A program made the translations under genes and the position numbers. Source: an uncultured Pseudomonadota bacterium (GTDB lineage Bacteria; Oederibacteriota; Muellerivitia; Muellerivitales; Muellerivitaceae). Taken from it: a stretch of DNA of 64,000 bases. Under the pieces are notes generated by a model, which was not told the DNA's origin, did no database searches, and saw only the letters and a list, made by a program, of their open reading frames with translations. Shown here one piece after another: positions 1-9,456 of this stretch. Within the stretch, counting starts at the first letter, position 1. Every line of letters begins with the position of its first letter. The stretch spans positions 1 to 64,000 of the forward strand of contig CAWJKT010000007.1 in assembly GCA_963843375.1 (NCBI GenBank). The letters run 5' to 3'.

Positions 1-101
1 CCGGTTTTTCCACATCTTCCAGGGAATTTCGGGGAGTGTCACACTTTTCGACCGCCTTTTTGCCCTCTCTAGACCGTCACACTATTGGACCGGCGTTTAC
101 A
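1..101 (-). mobile_element. Probable terminal end of an IS21-family-like insertion sequence (remainder outside window)
   Basis: Minus strand from 101 reads TGTAAACGCCGGTCCAATAGTGTGAC. A 17-bp imperfect direct repeat lies at 38-54 (gtcacacttttcgaccg) and 76-92 (gtcacactattggaccg). A terminal TG plus subterminal repeats is typical of IS21 ends, and it coincides with the premature stop of the adjacent ORF. Confidence 0.6.
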
Positions 102-1002
102 GGTATTGGATCGTCTTAAAGGACCTTATCTCGTTGGATATCAAGTTCTGGTAGTCCATCCGGGTCACGACCGGGAATTCCATCAACAGAAGGTTGGTCA
201 GGTTGCTCAATACATCGCTGGCTTGGTCCCGGTAGTAGGGCTCCTGCTCCGGTTGGTAAAAGAGGGACTTCATCAGGCCGTTAAATATCTCGTCCGCTTT
301 TTCTTTGTAGTCGGGGTTATAGGACTGGCTTCTTTTGATGTCCGCAAGGTCGAGGTACTTGAGGTCGCCAAGCCTCCCGTACTTGGAGGCAAAGTAGGGT
401 AGCTGTTTATTAAAGTTCGACTTCGCGTCGAAGACAAACATTCCTAATCCATACCGGACGGATTGCTCGATGATCCAATTGAGGATATTGGTCTTCCCCA
501 TTCCCGAAGATCCAATGACCTCCAGGTGGTATTTGAGGAATTCGGTGGGGATGAAGTACTTCCCCGTCACGTCAAGGTAGATGGGATATTTACCCGTCTC
601 TTCTTTCGGAGATTCCTTGTGGAGATCGGAACTCTTCTTCAGCGTGACGAAAACAAAGTAGGAGCAAAGGCCGATAAAGAACGCCATAGCCAAACCCACA
701 TCGCCCACAAAACCTTCGGTCCCAATGAAGGTTCCAAAGAAGTCGTGGACTAAGGACGTCAGAATCAAGGACGGGGCCAAGGCAAGAATGGGATTTAACG
801 GGAAGTGTTTTTCAAGAAGGTAGGTAATCCCCAGCACCATAACCGAAAGCAGGTCGAAGGGATTAAAGGCTACTGCAATAACACCGGAGAGTTCGAGGCC
901 AAGCTTTATCGCGGCATAGGTAGCGAAACCTACAAGGACGGAGGGTAAATCTCTTTCGACTTGATCCAATAACCGAACGATATCCATACAACTGCCCCGC
1001 AT
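97..1002 (-). pseudogene. VirD4/TraD/TrwB-like type IV coupling protein, C-terminally truncated
   Basis: N-terminal TM helices, HLEVIGSSGMGKT Walker A, FVFDAK and SYNP motifs. Stops at 301 aa with no Walker B region, at the putative IS end. Confidence 0.65.
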
Positions 1003-1197
1003 ACGAAAAACAAAGGGTTGTTACACCCGATTCATAAAAACCAATAAATAGAACTACACTTTAAATAATTAAAACCTAAATATAAGCTATCTCAAAAAAT
1101 CAGCAAATAAAACTACTCGTTCAAAATATTTTTAAAATTACAACAAAAACAACAAAAATCAACTATTCGGAAGGCCAAAACCATTTTCACATTTCTA

Positions 1198-2766
1198 CTA
1201 CGAGTTCGAAATTAAAGCAAAATCTCTTTTTATGTTTTTCCGCTTAACAAAAGGTGAAAGGACATCGGAGAGCAACTTTTTGCTTAACCCATCATGTTTA
1301 ATATTACGAATTATAGCTCGACACGTTAATTCTAAAAGTTTCGTTTGCTGAACTCGCTTTATCTGTTTACGATCAATTAAATCCGAGATAAAAGTTACTT
1401 TTTTATTTTTTCGTCCCAGTTGCTTTCTTAAATTAACGAGACGTTTTTCAATATGGGGATAATTTTTATTAACCTTATTAGTTTCCAAATCAGAGACTAA
1501 AAGATTCACTTTCCGGAAAGTGCTTTGAAAATGCTCATCGTCAACAAATATACCTCCTCTTAAAAAACGTTCAATTACAGCCAATGAGTGCTCTAAATCT
1601 TGATTTGCATATCTTGTAAATGAAGCAGATCTACAAGCTTTGCTCATTTGTTTACCTAGTACCGTCATTTGTTCCAGTAATTTTTCGTAATTTATCGACT
1701 CTTCAAATCCATCTCGCCTGGCATTGGGCCGCAAGGTATAATCCAAATGAAATGATCCAATGTGCCAAGCAGCGAATCTTCTCTCTGTAAAATAATCAGC
1801 CAAAAACTCCTCATTCCCAATTTCAATATTGCCCTGACGCACTGATACCCCTCTCATCAAAACAGCTTTGGGGAGTCCACCTAAAAAGCTCGTTCGAGCG
1901 ATCCACCCCTTACCAAAAACAGAACCGTCCGGGGCACGAAATTCAATTAGATCAACATTAGAAATTCGATCTTTCTTTTTGTCAGTTATCAGAAACTCGT
2001 CTTGATAAGCATTAAATAATTTTTTCCCATTAAGAAAAATGTTATGTGTGCAATAACCTGGAAAATTTTTTAAATGTTCATTAATTTTCGAAGACCAAGA
2101 AAATTTACCACTATCGAATGGGAGGGGCGCTACCCGTAAAAGATATTGAGTGATTACATCTATCGAAGTCAGTCTATCCGTATGAAACCGGCTTACGTTT
2201 AGCATGGTTACACGAAAAAAATGTTTCGGTTCTTTTTCCGATGCTTTTCGAAAAGATATCTGTGCAATCTTCGAAATTACTTCGGACAGGCTTTTGATTC
2301 CCTTTACTTCCATTGAATTCCGAAGCAAATTACCATTCCATTGAACAACACCAATATTTTTATCGCCTTTTGATCTGGTTTCGAAAATTAAAGTGTCACA
2401 ATAACTCAAACCACCAAGACGACCAATTCCTCGAAACCCGCGAAGTCCAGCACCTTCTTTATTACTTAACCCTAAGCCACCGAGCTTTTTCTCCAGTTCA
2501 CTATTTTGTACTCCCGCTCCATTATCCTCAATAATGAGCTTTCGATTTTTTCCATCCAGGAATATTTCTATTTTAGAATCGGAAAAAGTAATCAGGTCTT
2601 TTTCAATCCCCTCATCAATTGAATCTGAACTGTTCTGGATATACTCCCGCAATGCCATACACGGATCACTGTACATTCCAGCGGTAATTATTTCTAAAAG
2701 TTGCTTGCCGAAAGAAGAGGTGAGCGCTCGCGCTTTTCCCCCTTCACGAGATATAATTCGAGCCAT
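1198..2766 (-). CDS. GHKL (Hsp90/MORC-like) ATPase
   Basis: LREYIQNSSDS (N-box), IEDNGAG (G1), GFRGIGRLG (G2), PNARRDGFE; helical C-terminus. Confidence 0.85.
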   Translation of the reverse strand: MARIISREGGKARALTSSFGKQLLEIITAGMYSDPCMALREYIQNSSDSIDEGIEKDLITFSDSKIEIFLDGKNRKLIIEDNGAGVQNSELEKKLGGLGLSNKEGAGLRGFRGIGRLGGLSYCDTLIFETRSKGDKNIGVVQWNGNLLRNSMEVKGIKSLSEVISKIAQISFRKASEKEPKHFFRVTMLNVSRFHTDRLTSIDVITQYLLRVAPLPFDSGKFSWSSKINEHLKNFPGYCTHNIFLNGKKLFNAYQDEFLITDKKKDRISNVDLIEFRAPDGSVFGKGWIARTSFLGGLPKAVLMRGVSVRQGNIEIGNEEFLADYFTERRFAAWHIGSFHLDYTLRPNARRDGFEESINYEKLLEQMTVLGKQMSKACRSASFTRYANQDLEHSLAVIERFLRGGIFVDDEHFQSTFRKVNLLVSDLETNKVNKNYPHIEKRLVNLRKQLGRKNKKVTFISDLIDRKQIKRVQQTKLLELTCRAIIRNIKHDGLSKKLLSDVLSPFVKRKNIKRDFALISNS

Positions 2767-4340
2767 TTTTTCATTTCCTTATCTGTACAATTTTCTAATG
2801 ATTTTCTAATCGTTTTAATACTATTCTCACACACCGCTTCATGGAAAAATCTGAACCGTTCCCCTTGTTCCTTTAATAACCCCGCAACAAATTCCCTAAA
2901 CTCTTCTATTTTCCCTGAGCCGGTTAAATTTTTCCTGCCGTTTGCATAAATCCTTTTTTCGTGTTTATTTCTATTTCGTAAAAGCTCTTCCGGCATATAT
3001 AAATTTTGGACGAATTCTTCAAAATTATTCCCAACCGTTCTTCGGGCTAGTGTCGGCGTTGGAGATATAGCTCCGTGAGCCGCGCCTTTCATAATTTCAA
3101 TGTTTCGAACAAACCGTTTTGTCCATGCAGGGTCTTTCAGCCAATCTTTAGTTTCCACCGGAACACTTTCAACATAATCTCGTCGGCGATTTGCCTCGGA
3201 CCCTCTTTTTTCGTCAATTGGAGCATATCGCATTGGATAACTATAAATCGCGCCCATTCTTTTTCCAGTTGTGCGCATCATTTCGTTCAATTCAATATTT
3301 ATTTCAATTCTTTCGTATAAATCTTTCGGTGTATCTTTCCAGTTATAAAGCAAATAATTCGAGAATTCGAGCAACCCATATTTATGAGCTAGTTCTAGGG
3401 CCTTAACATACTGTTTCTTTTCAGCAACTCGATCAAAAGCAATTCTCACCGGGCGCACATTAAGCTGAGAAATGAGTTTGACTTTCTCTTCAGTAAAATA
3501 TGTAGCATCCATGCCTTGGTTAAAATCAATACTACGTTTTTTTTGCGATTTACCCGATGTTGTCACGCCTTTCCCATATCCCAACTCAAGAAGGTCATCT
3601 ACTGTTTTAGCCAGGGTTGGAGCGGCCATAATATTGTTATCCATTAGTTTGAGATGACTCTTATCACCAAATTCACTTCTCAGCGCTTTGATGATGTGTT
3701 TTATATCAAAGTAAGATTCGTACACAGGTTCTATTTTTGGTACGGCGCACCAGGCACATTTCATTACACAACCTCTTGACGCATACCAATAATATGTATC
3801 CCCTATTCCATAGACACGCGGGTTCAAAATGCTGTAATCCGGCGGCAAATTGTCAATATTTTCCGTTCCTTCTAAACCAATTTGTCTTGGAGATGTCAAC
3901 GAACCAACCACAGGATAAATGCCAGTCGCACTAAACAGATCCTGCGCCATCATCGACGCCATAACCCCACCAACAAATATTTTTCCAGTTGTTCCTCCAA
4001 CTGCATCTTTATAAAAGTTAATCGTCTCAACAATTTTATCGAAGTGAAATGTAAAAAGTGTGGTTATATAAACCCGGTCCCAAAGATTCGAAGTTGAGAA
4101 CATTATTTCTCTGGGCGAAGAAGAGTCTTCAAAGAGTGATGAATCACAACCGGAAACAAACTTAACTTCGTCTCCGCGTTGTTTATGAAATCTAGCCAAT
4201 TTCATCAATCCCAAGGGCGGATACCATCTAGTATCATCTTCGCCATAAGGCTTCAGGTCCTCCATTCCGTTTGTCGGAACAAGAGAATTCTTTTTTAGTT
4301 GTGTAGTTCTATAGGCAGGCTCAACTAGCAAGACTCGCAT
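2694..4340 (-). CDS. Radical SAM protein with N-terminal cobalamin-binding-like domain
   Basis: CxxxCxxC (RGCVMKCAWC); MRVLLVEP...YPPLGLMKLA N-terminus; LMDNN and DFNQG motifs. Confidence 0.85.
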   Translation of the reverse strand: MRVLLVEPAYRTTQLKKNSLVPTNGMEDLKPYGEDDTRWYPPLGLMKLARFHKQRGDEVKFVSGCDSSLFEDSSSPREIMFSTSNLWDRVYITTLFTFHFDKIVETINFYKDAVGGTTGKIFVGGVMASMMAQDLFSATGIYPVVGSLTSPRQIGLEGTENIDNLPPDYSILNPRVYGIGDTYYWYASRGCVMKCAWCAVPKIEPVYESYFDIKHIIKALRSEFGDKSHLKLMDNNIMAAPTLAKTVDDLLELGYGKGVTTSGKSQKKRSIDFNQGMDATYFTEEKVKLISQLNVRPVRIAFDRVAEKKQYVKALELAHKYGLLEFSNYLLYNWKDTPKDLYERIEINIELNEMMRTTGKRMGAIYSYPMRYAPIDEKRGSEANRRRDYVESVPVETKDWLKDPAWTKRFVRNIEIMKGAAHGAISPTPTLARRTVGNNFEEFVQNLYMPEELLRNRNKHEKRIYANGRKNLTGSGKIEEFREFVAGLLKEQGERFRFFHEAVCENSIKTIRKSLENCTDKEMKKWLELYLVKGEKRERSPLLSASNF

Positions 4341-5325
4341 TGAATTCTCCCCTTAATTTTTTATAGACTGAAGAAACCCCTTTTTGACCGCCTATACCAG
4401 CAAACATACCCGATGAATTCCATTCAATTTTCTTTCGAAGAAATCGAAGGCGATCAAAAAAATACTTTTCCGAAAATGATGATTTTTGCGAAGTCAAAAC
4501 CACATCCGAAAGCAAATTCATGAGGGCGTAAAGACCGACGCCTTTCGTCAATAAACTGTGACGTGGATCGCTCCATTCCTTCACGAAAATCTTTGCAACC
4601 GCTAGCCAATAATTAATAATTATTTCACACGCAACATCAGGTCCGCGTTTTTCAGAAATTTGAGTTTTTGTTAAGAATCGTTTGATCGCTTTTTGCATCA
4701 TTCGCAGAGAAGTTTTTCGTTTCAAACCGGAAGTTGCTTTACCACCCAGTTTGATCATTTTGAACCAAGGTGAATTTGGATCATCATTTAACTTTCTAGC
4801 AATATATAAATGTGGAGCTTCAGCAACCATATCTGTAAGTAAATTACTTTGATGAAAATCCGTGAGAGAAGAAGACAGTCCCTTCGCCTTTGTATTAATA
4901 GTGACAAACATCGCCATCTCTTCTCTTAAATCAAGGCCAATAAATGTCATAAAAGCCAAATGGACTGGAGAATCTTCCATTTCGCCTAATCGATGTTGAC
5001 AATCTACTTGGGCTAAACACTTTGCATCCCGTTTAACAATCAAAGTCGAGCCTGTTTTACCCGCCTTGATTTCCCAGTTCTTTTGAAGATCATTTCTTAA
5101 ATTAAATGTTAACGGAATGGTAGATGAACCGGATTTCGAAATATACTTTTTAAAATCAACACTATGTTGAAGATTTCGGGGGCGCTGATATCCCAAACCC
5201 GTTTCCTCATCAAGGACATCGGCAAAGGACATAGAATAAAGCAGGTGTGCAGGAGCAAAGCCCAGAAACACGCTACGGTCTCCGCACTTGCCAATTATGC
5301 CAGGTATCTTTAAGTCTTGTTTCAT
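4321..5325 (-). CDS. DGQHR-domain (DndB/DpdB-like) protein, DCQHR variant
   Basis: GYQR, VDCQHRL and F-x-x-IN motifs of the DGQHR family. Confidence 0.8.
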   Translation of the reverse strand: MKQDLKIPGIIGKCGDRSVFLGFAPAHLLYSMSFADVLDEETGLGYQRPRNLQHSVDFKKYISKSGSSTIPLTFNLRNDLQKNWEIKAGKTGSTLIVKRDAKCLAQVDCQHRLGEMEDSPVHLAFMTFIGLDLREEMAMFVTINTKAKGLSSSLTDFHQSNLLTDMVAEAPHLYIARKLNDDPNSPWFKMIKLGGKATSGLKRKTSLRMMQKAIKRFLTKTQISEKRGPDVACEIIINYWLAVAKIFVKEWSDPRHSLLTKGVGLYALMNLLSDVVLTSQKSSFSEKYFFDRLRFLRKKIEWNSSGMFAGIGGQKGVSSVYKKLRGEFNASLAS

Positions 5326-5385
5326 ATTGCAGAATTTTAATGCAATTTGCAGAAAAACTAAACATCAATTTCCAAGACTTAAATC

Positions 5386-6378
5386 TCAATTTAGCTTAAG
5401 TTTTGACATCAAATCCCCAAGTAAATTCTTTATCTTTTTTAACTCGTATTCGCACTTAGCTTTTTGGCCTGATGGCATTTCTTGAATTTCCTCTGCCACA
5501 CCTTCAGAAGCCAGTTGTAATCGGAATTTATTGAGTCGTTTGTACCATTCATTTCCAGCGCCACCCGCAATTGCCTTTTCATAACTTTCTTCGAAATCAT
5601 TCTTTTTTTTCACAAAATCCGTTAAAACTTTATCAATTGTAGCGATCTTTGTGAGCTTTTCTCTAATATCAATGGCTTTTCCTATTTCCCCATTTTTTAT
5701 TTTTTCCACAATAAGCTCGTCAAGCACCGGAAACTTATTACGCGCTTGTTTAATCGTATTGTGCTTCAGATATTCGTCGTAATAGCTCCACCGATTTGTT
5801 TCATTTTCCTTGTGACGAACCATAAAACTGTAAACCTCTATTAACCTTTTAACATCCGTTTTGTTCAATCCCATCTCAGTAGCCATTTTTTCAATATCGA
5901 TATGATGTTTCTTATGACGACGATAGAGATAACCTGCCTGTTCGTAGGGCGCCCAATCCGTTCGCCCGATAATGTGATATTGACCTAGCAAGGAAAAAAC
6001 TATCGCTTCATCAATTGTCTCGGGCAATACTTTGCACCTAACCATTCCCCACTTAACTCCATTTAAACTGGCTAACGCACGATAGGCGGCTAATCGACTA
6101 TTACCTTCGAGAACAACCATGTCACCGTTACGAACAATTAAAGGATCAGTTAATCCGCCATTGGCTCTAATCGAATGGATCAAAGTTTTCACATGATCCA
6201 TTGCTTGAAGTCGCTTTTCGATATGTGCTTGGTCCGGTATTGTTCCATCAGCCGTTATCAATGAATAGATTCTAGGATTCTCTTGGTAGTACTTCAGTTC
6301 TCCTATCGGAACATCATATATTTCTACAGGGATTTCTTTTCCATTTATCATCAATACGTCATTTGTAGAATTTGCCAT
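5386..6378 (-). CDS. ParB/Sulfiredoxin-like domain protein
   Basis: NPRI, SIRANGGLTDPLIV, VLEGNSRLAAY, then a putative HTH region. Confidence 0.75.
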   Translation of the reverse strand: MANSTNDVLMINGKEIPVEIYDVPIGELKYYQENPRIYSLITADGTIPDQAHIEKRLQAMDHVKTLIHSIRANGGLTDPLIVRNGDMVVLEGNSRLAAYRALASLNGVKWGMVRCKVLPETIDEAIVFSLLGQYHIIGRTDWAPYEQAGYLYRRHKKHHIDIEKMATEMGLNKTDVKRLIEVYSFMVRHKENETNRWSYYDEYLKHNTIKQARNKFPVLDELIVEKIKNGEIGKAIDIREKLTKIATIDKVLTDFVKKKNDFEESYEKAIAGGAGNEWYKRLNKFRLQLASEGVAEEIQEMPSGQKAKCEYELKKIKNLLGDLMSKLKLN

Positions 6379-7863
6379 TTAATGGCTCCTCTTAGTTTTG
6401 TTTAAAATACTTTTTATTAATTCACCAAAGTCATAAGAAATTTGAGTTTGATAATCTTCCAGTCGTATGTCCCCCTGACCAAGACCGGCCGCTAATTGTT
6501 TGGCATTTAGAAGCTTATCAATCCAAACATCTACCGAATCCGACATTATCAAGTTATAGATAAAACATGTTTTAACTTGTGAAATTCGATGGATCCTATC
6601 TTGAGCTTGTAAATAGTCATCCAAACTAAAAGATCGGTCATAAAAAATCGCATGATTTGCAACCGTAAGGGTTAGTCCCTCTTTTGCAGCTCCAGGAGTT
6701 GCAACAAGCACTGTAACTTCTGGATTATTCATAAATTGATCTATGGACTTATTTCTTGTTTCCATGCTCAGTTTTCCATGAATTTTGCAAGAGCCAAATG
6801 CCTTTAGCCTCCCACATAGCCAATCAGCATTTTCCGTGAAGGTTGTCCACACAATTGTTTTTTCACGACTAATCTTTATTTTTTCGAGAAGGTCAACCAG
6901 GTATGGTATTTTCCCAGGTTCCGCCCGATAACTATCGTCAATTAATTTTGGATTAGACGCAATTTGTACCAATCGCAACAATCGTTTCAAAACATCTTCC
7001 GATGAATCTTCTTTAGGAATTCCTTCTTTTACAATTATCGCCCTTAAATCCTCTCGGATTTTTTGGTACAGTTCATATTGAACCGTTTCCCAATCCACAA
7101 TAATGTTCTCATATTTCTTTTCGGGCAACTTGATAACACCAGAGGATTTTGTTTCCCGAACAGAAAAATCGGATATTTTTTTTTGCAAACCCGAAAGGCT
7201 TTTTTCAAAATCATCTTTTTTTTGATCGTCCAAAAATAAATCATTGGTCAAATTATTTTTTCTTTTAAAAACGTCAAAATCTTCTCCGAGACTTTTCCCT
7301 CCGTCAAGAAACTTAATCTGAGCCCACAAATCAAACGGTCGATTTGCCATTGGCGTCCCAGTCATAATAACTCGACGTTTAAACAACTTAGAGAGAAGAA
7401 AAAAAACTTTTGTAATCTCAGAATCAGGATTTTTTATTTTGGCCGATTCATCAAGTATCGCAGCAACGTCTCTAGTTTTAAGAAATATAAGGAATCGGTC
7501 CTTCTCACTCTTTAAGACCTCATAGTGAGTCAGCATTATTCTTGCGGGACTGTTAAAAACAAAAAAGTTACTCTTTTTATTTTCGCCGAGGACTTTTGGG
7601 GTTATATGAGTATGAAGTTTCAACTCTTTTTCCCAATTTTTGATCAACCCCTTTTTAGTGACCAAAAGAATCGTATCCACCTGCTTCCGTTCTAACCAAT
7701 AGAGGCTAAGATCGATTGCCATTTTCGTTTTTCCCAAACCCTGCTCATGAAATATTGCCGCATATTCAAGATCACGGATTTCTTCGACCGCTTTTTTTTG
7801 AAAATCTAAAGCGTTTAATTTAGGGCTCGAATTCGGTTCAGAAACCCTTTTTATTTTTTGCAC
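6379..7863 (-). CDS. SNF2-family (SF2) helicase/ATPase
   Basis: EQGLGKT, ILDES, MTGTP, EGLTL and QAQDRIHRI motifs. Confidence 0.9.
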   Translation of the reverse strand: MQKIKRVSEPNSSPKLNALDFQKKAVEEIRDLEYAAIFHEQGLGKTKMAIDLSLYWLERKQVDTILLVTKKGLIKNWEKELKLHTHITPKVLGENKKSNFFVFNSPARIMLTHYEVLKSEKDRFLIFLKTRDVAAILDESAKIKNPDSEITKVFFLLSKLFKRRVIMTGTPMANRPFDLWAQIKFLDGGKSLGEDFDVFKRKNNLTNDLFLDDQKKDDFEKSLSGLQKKISDFSVRETKSSGVIKLPEKKYENIIVDWETVQYELYQKIREDLRAIIVKEGIPKEDSSEDVLKRLLRLVQIASNPKLIDDSYRAEPGKIPYLVDLLEKIKISREKTIVWTTFTENADWLCGRLKAFGSCKIHGKLSMETRNKSIDQFMNNPEVTVLVATPGAAKEGLTLTVANHAIFYDRSFSLDDYLQAQDRIHRISQVKTCFIYNLIMSDSVDVWIDKLLNAKQLAAGLGQGDIRLEDYQTQISYDFGELIKSILNKTKRSH

Positions 7864-7865
7864 AT

Positions 7866-8276
7866 TCAGCCCCTGAGATTTTCCAAAATAAAAGTGCGGA
7901 CATTTCTTGTATCCGTTTTAACTTGAATATTCTTCACTAAATTTCTTGCAAGACGTGTTACCGGCCAGGGAACGGCCAAAACAAAGAGTGACGGGTGATT
8001 TAATTCACAGAATTTTAAAAAAGCTTTGAATTGGTTAATAGTATGAACCGTCTCAACATCCCTTAACGTTTTCGCTTCTCCGATTATCATGTTAAATGAA
8101 TTAGTTTTTGGCACAAACACATCCGGACAATGATCTGAGATCAAAGGTGGTTTTTTCATACGATTAGAATTGGGACTATCCACAAGTATTGAGCCCGAAT
8201 CACCCGATAGATGAGTAACCGATATCCAATTGACTAATTCATTTACTAATTTTATATGACTCTGTGATTCGGCCAT
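7866..8276 (-). CDS. Small PD-(D/E)xK nuclease-fold protein
   Basis: PDVF...IIGEAKT motif in 136 aa. Confidence 0.6.
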   Translation of the reverse strand: MAESQSHIKLVNELVNWISVTHLSGDSGSILVDSPNSNRMKKPPLISDHCPDVFVPKTNSFNMIIGEAKTLRDVETVHTINQFKAFLKFCELNHPSLFVLAVPWPVTRLARNLVKNIQVKTDTRNVRTFILENLRG

Positions 8277-8277
8277 G

Positions 8278-9300
8278 TCAACCTTCTGATGAGATGTCCT
8301 TGCAAAGCTGGTTTAATTGATCGCAAGCTTCTCGGATCTTTTCATTCTCACTCGAAGTTATATCAGCACGAAGTCTTTGAACTTCCCCAAAAGGCATATT
8401 ACGAATTCTTTTACTAATTTCCTGGGTTAACTGTTCCAAGGTCGCATCTTTTAAAGCCGCATCAGGCGTTGGTATATCTAAGACTCTGACCGCCTCCTTA
8501 GTGCCATCTCGTAAAAAAACTTCTTTGCTTTTTGGATTTTGAAGAATTTTTGGTAAATCTCGAACTGTAATTAAAGGAGAAATTAATCCTTCGTGAACCC
8601 ACTTAGCAAAATCGGTTTTGGTATATTTTGATTGTAAAACTGAGTTTAAAATTCGAGGGTTTTGCAGTTCCACGAAAGCACTAAATCTGGTCGGATCAAA
8701 CGAATCTTCATCAACAATGGGCCGGTAATATTGCTCCATATCCTGGTACGCCCCTATATAACCCTGAACCTCTTTCGCTCTCCCTCCACAAAAATCAACT
8801 ATCTGACCCATGGTCAGATGCTCTCCGTTTCTCAAAAAATCTAAATATTTTGCTTTTGAGTACGGGTCCCATGGGCGCGGACCAACCAAATGAGCTTGTA
8901 ATCTTATTGCATCAATATGTGCTTGAGGAAGATCGGCATAAACAATTGTCGGTATTTTTTTCCAATTGTTTGAGTTCTTTTCCTTTTCCTGCGTTTTAAA
9001 TTCCCTATAAATTAATACTCGTGTATTCCCTTCAATAACCGTAATTTTATTTGTTGATGTTTCTTTATTTGCAATTACGGGATTTATTATTCCTCCACTA
9101 GTTTTTATAGACTCCCTTAATGAATAAAACGTTGTTCCATCTGATGCGGTTCCGTCGCCCGCACCTAATGCCAGGCTCATTTGTTCGGCGGTAAGACTAG
9201 TTCCATACATTCCAACATAATGTGAAATTCGAGGATTATTCATGTCCAAGGCAATTTGATCAACATCCAACAATTCATATTTAAAATCTCGGCTTATCAT
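8278..9300 (-). CDS. ParB/Sulfiredoxin-like domain protein (paralogue of 5386-6378)
   Basis: NPRI, SIKTSGGIINPVI, VIEGNTRVLIY, HLVGPRPWDPY; GGAGG RBS upstream. Confidence 0.75.
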   Translation of the reverse strand: MISRDFKYELLDVDQIALDMNNPRISHYVGMYGTSLTAEQMSLALGAGDGTASDGTTFYSLRESIKTSGGIINPVIANKETSTNKITVIEGNTRVLIYREFKTQEKEKNSNNWKKIPTIVYADLPQAHIDAIRLQAHLVGPRPWDPYSKAKYLDFLRNGEHLTMGQIVDFCGGRAKEVQGYIGAYQDMEQYYRPIVDEDSFDPTRFSAFVELQNPRILNSVLQSKYTKTDFAKWVHEGLISPLITVRDLPKILQNPKSKEVFLRDGTKEAVRVLDIPTPDAALKDATLEQLTQEISKRIRNMPFGEVQRLRADITSSENEKIREACDQLNQLCKDISSEG

Positions 9301-9456
9301 TTGGCCTCCCTAACAAATATTTAACCCGAGGATTTTACCCATTTTTCGTGCATATCCACAGGACATTGTTTAGGTCAGATAGATGTTAATCGGGCCATTT
9401 TTCCTATGTTAAAAACATAAAAAAAATTATTTCAGAAACCGGTTTTTAAAATTATT

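Noticed and set aside
2694..5325. Canonical Dnd or Dpd system
   Set aside because: No DndA/C/D/E, DpdA or queCD/folE genes are recognisable, and the radical SAM protein is not QueE-like.
5386..9300. ParABS partition locus
   Set aside because: No ParA ATPase or parS palindromes were noticed, and the context is helicase/nuclease.
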